A model generated the notes under the pieces. That model had not been told where the DNA came from, ran no database searches, and saw only the letters and a list, made by a program, of their open reading frames with translations. The position numbers and the translations under genes are program-made. Shown here in pieces: positions 56,886-64,000 of a stretch of 64,000 nt of DNA (position 1 is the first letter of the stretch; each line of letters opens with the position of its first letter). Source of the DNA: a virus. The stretch lies in the UHGV virus genome UHGV-0385297. The stretch is one strand, 5' to 3'.

Positions 56886-59132
56886 ATGCAGGTTATTAAA
56901 AGAGATTGTACAGAAGTACCATTTGACAAGTCTAAAATTTCTTCTGCTATTTTAAAGGCAATGAAGAATGGCTCAGGCATTGTAAAACCTAAAATTGCAG
57001 AGGATATTGCGACAGAAATTGAACTAGAATGCAAGGATAAAGACGAGGTAAATATTTCCGAAATTGAATCAATGGTTTACGATAAACTAATCACAAAAAA
57101 ACAGCGTCTTACTGCAAAAGCATATGAGGGTTATAGAAGCATCAGAGAATTTCAGCGTGAAAATAGTAATACGACAGATGATGAAATTTTAAGATTAGTA
57201 GAAGACCTTGATGAATATTGGAAAGACGAAAATGCCAATAAAAATCCCGTGTTAAATCCAACTAAAAGAGATTATATTGCTGGATCGGTAAGTACAGATG
57301 CAACCAAAAGATATTTACTTTCACCTGAAATTATTCAGGCTCATATGGAAGGACAGATTCATTTTCATGATGCAGATTACTTTATCCAGCATATGCATAA
57401 CTGCGGATTAGTTAATCTTGAAGATATGCTTCAGAATAATACTGTAATTAGCGAAGTGTTAATTGAAAAACCACATGCATTTTCTACTGCTTGCAATATT
57501 GCTACACAGGCAATTGCACAGATTGCTAGTAATCAGTATGGTGGACAAAGTATTTCCTTAGCTCATCTGGCTCCATTTGTAGATATCAGCAGACAAAAAA
57601 TTCGCAAACAGGTAGATGAAGAATTAACCTTAGTTGAAAATATCTATGTATTATCTAAAGAACAGTTAATTAATAATATTGTCGAAAAACGATTAAAAGA
57701 AGAGATTGAAAAAGGAATTCAGACAATCCAGTATCAATTGGTAACTCTTATGACAACCAACGGACAGGCCCCATTTATCAGTATTTTTATGTACTTAAAT
57801 GAAGCAAAAAATGAACAGGAAAAATATGATTTAGCTTTACTAATCGAAGAAATGCTTCGTCAGCGAATTTTAGGAGTAAAAAATGAAGACGGGGCATATG
57901 TTGCACCCGCATTTCCTAAATTAATCTATGTTCTTGAAAATGATAACATCCAGGAAGATTCACCATATTGGTCTTTAACACAGTTAGCTGCCGAATGCTC
58001 TTCTAAACGTCTTGTTCCTGATTATATCTCTGAAAAAATGATGCTTGAATTAAAAGGCGATGTTTACACTTGCATGGGTTGTCGCAGTTTTCTTACCGTA
58101 GATCGCTTTTCTAAAACATGTGGGAATATTTCCAATTCTAAAAATTTTGATCCAACCAAACATAAATATTATGGAAGATTCAATCAAGGTGTAGTAACAA
58201 TTAGTTTACCGGACATTGCTTTGTCTTCTGAAGGCGATTTCGATAGATTCTGGGAGATTTTTGAAGAAAGAACAGAATTATGTCACAAAGCATTAAGAGC
58301 AAGGCATGATCGTTTGTTAGGAACTTTATCAGATGTAGCGCCTATTTTATGGCAGCATGGTGCATATGCAAGATTGAAAAAGCATGAAAAAATTGACAGA
58401 CTTTTATATGATGGATATTCAACAATCTCATTAGGTTATGCTGGTTTATATGAATGTGTAAAATATATGACAGGTCATTCCCATTCAGATGAAGGCATTG
58501 GGGAAGAATTCGGATTAAAAGTTATGCAGGCATTAAATGATAAATGCAACCAGTGGAAAGAAAAAGAGAATATTGATTATAGTTTATATGGATCCCCAAT
58601 TGAGAGCACAACGTATAAATTTGCAAAATGTTTAAAATCTCGTTTTGGAAATGATGTCTTTGTAAAATTAGATGGGTTTGACAGAAACTATATCACGAAT
58701 TCATATCATATTCCTGTATTTGAACCTATTACTGCATTTGAAAAATTAAGAATTGAATCAAAATTCCAGAAATTAAGTCCAGGAGGAGCAATTTCTTACA
58801 TCGAGGTTCCGAGTATGAATCATAACATCCCAGCTTTATTGGAAGTAATTAAGTTCATTTATAACAATATTATGTATGCCGAAATCAATACTAAGAGTTG
58901 TTATTGTGAGAAATGTGGATATGATGGTGACATTCCGTTAGTTGCAGATGAAAACAACAAATTAAAGTGGGAATGCCCTAATTGTGGGAATACTGACAAT
59001 ACTACGATGGATATTGCTTTCAGAGTATGCGGATATATTGGAACTGCAAAAAATGGTGGAAACCAAGGAAGATATGGAGATATCCACGACCGTGTTTACC
59101 ATCTTGACGATGTTGAAGATGAGGAGATTTAA
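56886..59132 (+). CDS. nrdD: anaerobic ribonucleoside-triphosphate reductase (class III RNR, NrdD)
   Basis: N-terminal ATP cone (VIKRDCTEVPFDKSKISSAILKA), glycyl-radical motif RVCGYIGT near C-terminus, CxxC zinc pairs (CEKCGYDG...CPNCG). Confidence 0.85.
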   Translation: MQVIKRDCTEVPFDKSKISSAILKAMKNGSGIVKPKIAEDIATEIELECKDKDEVNISEIESMVYDKLITKKQRLTAKAYEGYRSIREFQRENSNTTDDEILRLVEDLDEYWKDENANKNPVLNPTKRDYIAGSVSTDATKRYLLSPEIIQAHMEGQIHFHDADYFIQHMHNCGLVNLEDMLQNNTVISEVLIEKPHAFSTACNIATQAIAQIASNQYGGQSISLAHLAPFVDISRQKIRKQVDEELTLVENIYVLSKEQLINNIVEKRLKEEIEKGIQTIQYQLVTLMTTNGQAPFISIFMYLNEAKNEQEKYDLALLIEEMLRQRILGVKNEDGAYVAPAFPKLIYVLENDNIQEDSPYWSLTQLAAECSSKRLVPDYISEKMMLELKGDVYTCMGCRSFLTVDRFSKTCGNISNSKNFDPTKHKYYGRFNQGVVTISLPDIALSSEGDFDRFWEIFEERTELCHKALRARHDRLLGTLSDVAPILWQHGAYARLKKHEKIDRLLYDGYSTISLGYAGLYECVKYMTGHSHSDEGIGEEFGLKVMQALNDKCNQWKEKENIDYSLYGSPIESTTYKFAKCLKSRFGNDVFVKLDGFDRNYITNSYHIPVFEPITAFEKLRIESKFQKLSPGGAISYIEVPSMNHNIPALLEVIKFIYNNIMYAEINTKSCYCEKCGYDGDIPLVADENNKLKWECPNCGNTDNTTMDIAFRVCGYIGTAKNGGNQGRYGDIHDRVYHLDDVEDEEI

Positions 59133-59756
59133 ATGAGATATGCTTCTATGAGATCTATGGACATTACAAATGGAGAGAACATAGGAGTATCTTTGTTCGT
59201 CCAAGGCTGTCCTTTTCAATGTTACAACTGTTTTAATTCAACAGCATGGGATTTTAATGGTGGAAAAGAATGGAATAATGATACAAAAAAACACTTTTTA
59301 GATTTAATTGACAAACCGTATATAAAAAGAATATCAATTCTTGGAGGTGAACCATTAGCGTCTTCAAATCTTGATGGTATCTTAGATCTTTTGCAAGAAA
59401 TTCGCACTGAATATCCTGCTTCTCCAAATTTGACCCCTGAAATTCATTGTAAAATGGGTGATTTTTCATCACAAAATTTCGATCAAATCCGCCTTTTATA
59501 TCCCGCAAAAACAATCTGGCTATATACCGGTTATACATTGGAACAGATTTTACAACCATTGCTTATCAATACAATTCCAACAGAAGAGGAAGAAAAGCGT
59601 ATTGACATTGTAAAAATGGTAGATGTTCTTGTAGATGGACCATATGTAGATGCACAGAGAGATGTAACAACGAAGTGGCGAGGTAGCAAAAATCAGCGTG
59701 TTATCAATATTCCAGAAACATTAAAACAACAAAAGGTGGTCTTATATTGTGACTAA
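59133..59756 (+). CDS. nrdG: anaerobic RNR activating protein (radical SAM, NrdG)
   Basis: DITNGENIGVSLFVQGCPFQCYNCFN CxxxCxxC cluster immediately after nrdD. Confidence 0.8.
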   Translation: MRYASMRSMDITNGENIGVSLFVQGCPFQCYNCFNSTAWDFNGGKEWNNDTKKHFLDLIDKPYIKRISILGGEPLASSNLDGILDLLQEIRTEYPASPNLTPEIHCKMGDFSSQNFDQIRLLYPAKTIWLYTGYTLEQILQPLLINTIPTEEEEKRIDIVKMVDVLVDGPYVDAQRDVTTKWRGSKNQRVINIPETLKQQKVVLYCD

Positions 59757-60024
59757 AGAAGATGTTCATAAAAAAGACATCCTTTACTATGCAAGAGCAA
59801 TTCCACAGACAGGAATTTTTGAAGTCTGTGAACTAATTATCCGTACTGTGGAAGATGATTATTTTGTAGGGAGTGATAAGCGTGATCGTCACGCTTACCT
59901 CCTACATTATACTGATTTAGATAAAATTGTATTTCAGGACAGGAAAACAGCCTTGCAGAAAGTAAAGAATGCAGAAAAGAATAAATCAACGGTGAAACAC
60001 GAAACATATTATGAAGAATATTAA
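59749..60024 (+). CDS. hypothetical protein
   Basis: GTG start per ORF track, overlapping nrdG end. Confidence 0.35.
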   Translation: MTKEDVHKKDILYYARAIPQTGIFEVCELIIRTVEDDYFVGSDKRDRHAYLLHYTDLDKIVFQDRKTALQKVKNAEKNKSTVKHETYYEEY

Positions 60025-60197
60025 GGAGTGAGATTACGAGTTTTCTAATAGATAAATTTAAAGGAGTCTACAGAATTCTGGTTCCTATTGACCTAAGCAA
60101 AAATGACTTTCCACGAAAACTGAATGGAACATATGAAGATATAGACCTGTATATTGCTTGCCAGAATAACATTCAGATTTTTTATCAAGGAAGAAAT

Positions 60198-60671
60198 GTG
60201 CTACAAGCATATATCCCGTCTATTGGTCGTGGAAACAACATTATCAAAGCAATCAATGAGATTGATCCAAGCATGATTTTCAATATCAGGAAAACTGATG
60301 CAGAAGTAACATTCGAATTCAAGTTTGTCGATTCTGACAAAATTATCCCATTATTAAAACCTAGAACAAGTGGCGCTGGCATTAGTCCTTATAGTGCGAA
60401 AAACTTATGTCGCAGCACTTATATTATCCCAGACGAAGATTTAGTTGTCTACAAAGAAATAGTGGCTAAATTACCTCGTGAACGCTTTATAGAGCTAACA
60501 CATAGCACCAATTCATTTTTAAAATCATTAGTCACTAAAAAGCTCACTTGGGAGCAGCTTCGTGCGGATATGAAACTAAAAGGATTAAAAGGTAAAGAAT
60601 ATATTCATTCTATCGGTAAATGGGATAAGTACATTTCGTATCTAAATAAAAATATTTTGGAGAATAAGTAA
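60198..60671 (+). CDS. hypothetical protein
   Basis: GTG start after AAGGAAG. Frame is open further upstream without an ATG, so true start uncertain. Confidence 0.35.
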   Translation: MLQAYIPSIGRGNNIIKAINEIDPSMIFNIRKTDAEVTFEFKFVDSDKIIPLLKPRTSGAGISPYSAKNLCRSTYIIPDEDLVVYKEIVAKLPRERFIELTHSTNSFLKSLVTKKLTWEQLRADMKLKGLKGKEYIHSIGKWDKYISYLNKNILENK

Positions 60672-60995
60672 ATGGAGCTGAGATTACACAAAAATGTAAC
60701 TCCTGACATGCTTATCAAAGCTGGCTTCAAACCATCCTATTCATTGAAGAATATTTTTCGTTTTAGAGAAAGATTATATAAGGATAGCATTACACTAACT
60801 ATCAAAATTGATCTCGCAGACGATGAGTTTCCTATTGAATGGGATGTACTTGATGCCAATACAGGAATTTCATATACGACATTCTATTATACACCTAATA
60901 CCTGCAGAGACCTCGTAAGAGAAGAAGTTATTAGGAATTTCAATGAGGTTGTCACTGAATTAGATAACAGAAAAATTTTATATATGGAGGAATGA
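60672..60995 (+). CDS. hypothetical protein
   Basis: TAAATG coupling. Confidence 0.4.
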   Translation: MELRLHKNVTPDMLIKAGFKPSYSLKNIFRFRERLYKDSITLTIKIDLADDEFPIEWDVLDANTGISYTTFYYTPNTCRDLVREEVIRNFNEVVTELDNRKILYMEE

Positions 60996-60998
60996 TAA

Positions 60999-61544
60999 AT
61001 GGAGAACATGAGAGTAGCAGAATTTAAAAAGGTTAGCTTAGAGCAGTTCAAGAAAGATATGGTTGATACTTTTGGGCATAAGTATTTCGATGAAGAAATC
61101 GAAGAATTTTATAATCACATCAAACTTCCTGTCAGAGCAACTGCAGGCAGTGCCGGTCATGATTTCTTTGCACCATTTGATTTCACAATTGAACCAGGTG
61201 AAACTTTGAAGATTCCTACTGGTATTCGTTGCGAGATTAAAAATGGTTGGTACTTAGCAATTTATCCAAGATCTGGTCATGGATTTAAGTATGGCATTAA
61301 GCTGACAAATGGAGTTGGCATCATAGATATGGATTACTTTTATTCTGATAACGAAGGTCACATCATGATTAAACTTGCTAACGATTCCTGCATCAATAAA
61401 ACATACAGTGTTCCACAGGGACAGGGATTTTCTCAGGGTATCTTTATGCCGTATGGTTTGACAACGACAGACAATGTAACCGAAGTTCGTAACGGTGGTT
61501 TCGGTTCAACCACTGATATTCATGAAGCTGCACTCAGAGGATAA
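60999..61544 (+). CDS. dut: dUTP pyrophosphatase (dUTPase-family)
   Basis: Motifs ATAGSAGHDF (AGxD), YPRSGHG, GIIDMDYF, ANDS, RNGGFGSTTD in canonical order. Confidence 0.75.
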   Translation: MENMRVAEFKKVSLEQFKKDMVDTFGHKYFDEEIEEFYNHIKLPVRATAGSAGHDFFAPFDFTIEPGETLKIPTGIRCEIKNGWYLAIYPRSGHGFKYGIKLTNGVGIIDMDYFYSDNEGHIMIKLANDSCINKTYSVPQGQGFSQGIFMPYGLTTTDNVTEVRNGGFGSTTDIHEAALRG

Positions 61545-61573
61545 AAATAAAATAAATCTGAGAATATAAATAT

Positions 61574-61664
61574 GTCGGATGGTGGAGTGAGAGATAGGAT
61601 ATGGTATCCGTGTTCGATGAACAGTCGGTGGTTCGATTCCATCCAGCTCCTTTTAGATATCCGA
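61574..61664 (+). ncRNA. tRNA-like / T-arm-containing structured element, non-canonical (possible tRNA remnant or att-associated RNA)
   Basis: T-arm GGTGG-TTCGATT-CCATC. Terminal complementarity GTCGGAT...ATCCGAC and alternative GGATGG/CCATCC pairing. No standard anticodon arm (TGTTC-GAT-GAACA hairpin instead). Confidence 0.25.
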
Positions 61665-61765
61665 CTTGCTATAAGGCTGTAAGAGGTTTTATAGCAATTG
61701 CGCTGACGAGCGTTTATATATAACAGCCAGTCTGGTTAATACACATACGAAAGGAAGTTATAAAA

Positions 61766-62359
61766 ATGGTTAAATTACTTACCACAGGGATGCTTGCGAT
61801 ATCCCTATCATTATGTACGCCTGTCTTCGGGCAGGCAGAAGAACTTAATACACTAATCGAGGAAAACTACACTTATAAATACGCAACATCTGCCAACGTC
61901 AATATTCGAGAGGAACCGAACACAGACTCTACTATTTTAGGAAAGACTCTGCTAAACACAGAATTTCAAGTAGTAGAAGATGTAGATGGTTGGTCCAAGA
62001 TCACAACAGAGGCGGGTTACGCTTACATAAAATCCGAATATTTGTCCGATACAGAAACTGAATATATTCCATTAGGAAGGTTTAAAGTTTCTCACTATTG
62101 TATTGAACCACATAAACATATTTGTGGTACAGGAACAGGTTTAACCAAGCTTGGTACAAAAGTACATCCTGGTTCTTTAAGCGTAGACCCACGTATCATT
62201 CCTTTAGGAAGTACGGTTATGATCAACGGAGTAGAATACATTGCTGAAGATACTGGTGGTGCTATTAAAGGTAACAAAGTAGATATGGCAGTAGCAACAC
62301 ATAAGGAAGCACTACAAAAGGGTGTGTATTATGCTGAGATATATTTGAAGGTGAAGTAA
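61766..62359 (+). CDS. secreted SH3b + 3D-domain protein (cell-wall binding / MltA-like 3D domain)
   Basis: Signal peptide MVKLLTTGMLAISLSLCTPVFGQA. SH3b-like NVNIREEPNTDSTILGKTL...DGWSKI. 3D-domain VDPRIIPLGSTVMINGVEYIAEDTGGAIKGNKVDMAV. Confidence 0.55.
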   Translation: MVKLLTTGMLAISLSLCTPVFGQAEELNTLIEENYTYKYATSANVNIREEPNTDSTILGKTLLNTEFQVVEDVDGWSKITTEAGYAYIKSEYLSDTETEYIPLGRFKVSHYCIEPHKHICGTGTGLTKLGTKVHPGSLSVDPRIIPLGSTVMINGVEYIAEDTGGAIKGNKVDMAVATHKEALQKGVYYAEIYLKVK

Positions 62360-62557
62360 ATGAATGAAGTCGAATTACAAAATAAATTGAATTTAACCAT
62401 AGAAGAAGCTGCACAATATTCCAATATTGGAACTAAAAAAATACGTGAACTTACAAAAGATAAAAGCTGTATATCGTTTATTTTAAAAGTCGGAAATAAG
62501 ACTTTGATAAAAAGAAAAGCTTTTGAAGCATGGCTAAATAATCAATATTATATTTAA
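62360..62557 (+). CDS. xis: excisionase / MerR-like HTH DNA-binding protein
   Basis: LTIEEAAQYSNIGTKKIRELTKD helix-turn-helix immediately upstream of integrase. Confidence 0.5.
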   Translation: MNEVELQNKLNLTIEEAAQYSNIGTKKIRELTKDKSCISFILKVGNKTLIKRKAFEAWLNNQYYI

Positions 62558-62564
62558 TTTGATT

Positions 62565-62620
62565 AAAGAAGGGATAAGTGTTATATTGTTGATATGCAAG
62601 TATAACTTTATCCCTTCTTT
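62565..62620 (+). promoter_or_regulatory. 13-bp perfect inverted repeat between xis and int (terminator or operator)
   Basis: AAAGAAGGGATAA (62565-62577) and TTATCCCTTCTTT (62608-62620) flanking a 30-nt spacer. Confidence 0.4.
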
Positions 62621-62642
62621 TGAGTATAAGGAGAGAAAAAAG

Positions 62643-63905
62643 ATGGGAAAAGATCTAACAGGAAAAGAGTTAGGAACAGGAATAAAACAAAGAAATGATG
62701 GTAGATATGAAGGGAGGTACGTAGATAGATTTGGTAATAGAAAATCAATATATTCAGCTTCTTTAAGGGAGTTAAAAACAAGACTTAAGAATTTACAAGC
62801 AGAGGATATATTGGAAATCTCCATCAAAAAAGATCTAACAGTAAATGAATGGTATAAGATGTGGATGGACGAATATAAATGTGCGCCTATCAGAGTATCC
62901 ACAAGAACGTATTATCGGCAAATTTATGAATCTAAAATAAAAGATGTAATTGGATCAAAAAAGTTAACGGATATACAGCAGATTGATGTCCGTCGCCTTT
63001 TAAGGGGGTTAAAGGATCAAAATTCCAGTTTTGAAATCTGTGATAAGGTTAAAGCGATATTAAATGATATGTATGATAAAGCTATATTAAACCATTACGC
63101 AAAAGAGAATCCAGCAAAAGGCATAAAGTTAATAAGAGATGAAAAAAGTGACCCAAAAGTATTAACAGTAGAAGAACAAAAAGCATTCTTTACATGCTGT
63201 GCAGGGACGTTTTATGATAATGCTTATATAGTTCAAGTAAATACTGGATTACGTCCAGGTGAACTTTTTTCATTAAGAGAAAGTGATATAGATTTTATTA
63301 AAAAAACCATTCATGTTACTCGAACATTAACGTATTACAAATTTGAAGAACTTGGCGATACAAAAAAAGAATTCCATTTTGGCCCACCAAAAACAAAATC
63401 GAGCATACGAGATATACCAATTAATAAGCAATGTGAGATTGCATTAAAAAAACAAATCTTGCAAAAGAAAGTAGTCGAAGAAACAACTTGTAAAGAAGTA
63501 GACCCTCAATTTGCAGATCTATTATTTACAACGAAATATAATATGCCACTCAATGTACAAACTTACGTGGATTCCATTAAAAGAATTGTAAACGAGATTA
63601 ATCTTACTAGATTCCCATTAGATTACATGGAACCATTTTCGGGTCATACATTTAGACATACGTTTGCCACAAGATGTTTTGAGGCGGGGATAAAACCTAA
63701 AACAGTGCAAAAATTCTTAGGGCATTCAGACCTGTCAATGACCATGAATTTGTATACTCATGTACTGGAATCATTCAAAGTATCACAGATGGATTTATTA
63801 GACGAATTTAATGATAATGTCTTAAATTCAGAAGAATCATACCCGTTTAAAATAATAAGGGGTAACATGGAAAGTGGCAATAAAGTAAGTAAAAATATAG
63901 TATGA
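62643..63905 (+). CDS. int: tyrosine-type site-specific integrase
   Basis: C-terminal HTFRHTFATRCFEAGIKPKTVQKFLGHSDLSMTMNLYTHV (H-x-x-R...Y catalytic box). N-terminal arm-binding-type domain. ATG at 62643 with RBS AAGGAGAG. Confidence 0.85.
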   Translation: MGKDLTGKELGTGIKQRNDGRYEGRYVDRFGNRKSIYSASLRELKTRLKNLQAEDILEISIKKDLTVNEWYKMWMDEYKCAPIRVSTRTYYRQIYESKIKDVIGSKKLTDIQQIDVRRLLRGLKDQNSSFEICDKVKAILNDMYDKAILNHYAKENPAKGIKLIRDEKSDPKVLTVEEQKAFFTCCAGTFYDNAYIVQVNTGLRPGELFSLRESDIDFIKKTIHVTRTLTYYKFEELGDTKKEFHFGPPKTKSSIRDIPINKQCEIALKKQILQKKVVEETTCKEVDPQFADLLFTTKYNMPLNVQTYVDSIKRIVNEINLTRFPLDYMEPFSGHTFRHTFATRCFEAGIKPKTVQKFLGHSDLSMTMNLYTHVLESFKVSQMDLLDEFNDNVLNSEESYPFKIIRGNMESGNKVSKNIV

Positions 63906-63920
63906 TTTTGTGGCTAAAAC

Positions 63921-63961
63921 GTGGGGTCAAGCGTGGGGTCAGACACTAAAAATGGGGTCAA
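63921..63961 (+). repeat. three direct copies of TGGGGTCA immediately downstream of int (candidate integrase arm-type binding sites / att region)
   Basis: gTGGGGTCAagcgTGGGGTCAgacactaaaaaTGGGGTCAa. Confidence 0.4.
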
Positions 63962-64000
63962 ATATATACAAGAAACCTAGTGTTTATGCGGATTTGCTCT

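Noticed and set aside
60025-60197. Possible upstream extension of ORF 60198-60671 (frame open to 60021 without ATG)
   Set aside because: No canonical start codon in the open stretch. GTG at 60198 has an AAGGAAG RBS, so the shorter call was retained.

Overview
This AT-rich window encodes on one strand only. Every convincing gene is on the + strand, tightly packed, with AGGAG-type ribosome-binding sites. It reads as the early, replication and nucleotide-metabolism arm of a temperate phage or prophage of a low-GC Gram-positive host. It ends in an excisionase and tyrosine integrase pair with nearby repeat structures. No capsid, terminase or tail genes and no CRISPR array are visible.

Recognisable modules, in order:
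- 1-1848: a 5-prime-partial DUF262/ParB-like protein.
- 3338-8960: a block of unknowns that includes a 687-aa novel protein, a Met/Gly-rich protein and a vWA (MIDAS) protein.
- 8978-10075: a short adenylosuccinate-synthetase (PurA)-family paralogue with altered catalytic residues, a candidate PurZ-like purine-modification enzyme.
- 14418-15143: a PAPS-reductase-like PP-loop protein behind a structured leader.
- 18223-18924 and 33519-34424: two freestanding HNH endonucleases.
- 19012-22164: an RNA-repair-type cassette of two KxDG nucleotidyltransferases (RNA-ligase-like) plus a P-loop kinase fused to an HD phosphohydrolase.
- 23007-25887: tRNA and tRNA-like genes, including an atypically long one, followed by a calcineurin-like phosphoesterase.
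- 27330-28256: an SPFH/band-7 membrane protein.
- 29029-40881: a replication module. It runs SSB-like protein, P-loop ATPase, DnaB-like helicase, HNH insertion, Toprim primase, RecJ-like DHH exonuclease, DnaE-type Pol III alpha, then an ERCC4/Mus81-type nuclease.
- 43488-44048: a ClpP-like serine protease.
- 45958-46491: a SLOG/YpsA-like protein.
- 46813-48245: two DNA methyltransferases.
- 48341-52331: an array of small Cys-rich ORFs.
- 52600-53325: a divergent ThyX-like protein.
- 53357-54988: an N-terminally truncated NAD-dependent ligase (LigA) remnant.
- 55242-61544: guanylate kinase, HAD 5-prime-nucleotidase, anaerobic RNR NrdD/NrdG and dUTPase.

The points most worth follow-up are the PurA-like paralogue (possible non-canonical purine in the DNA), the degenerate ThyX and truncated LigA pair, the RNA ligase/kinase-HD cassette with odd tRNA-like RNAs, a repeated 30-nt motif, and several homopolymer or frameshift sites.
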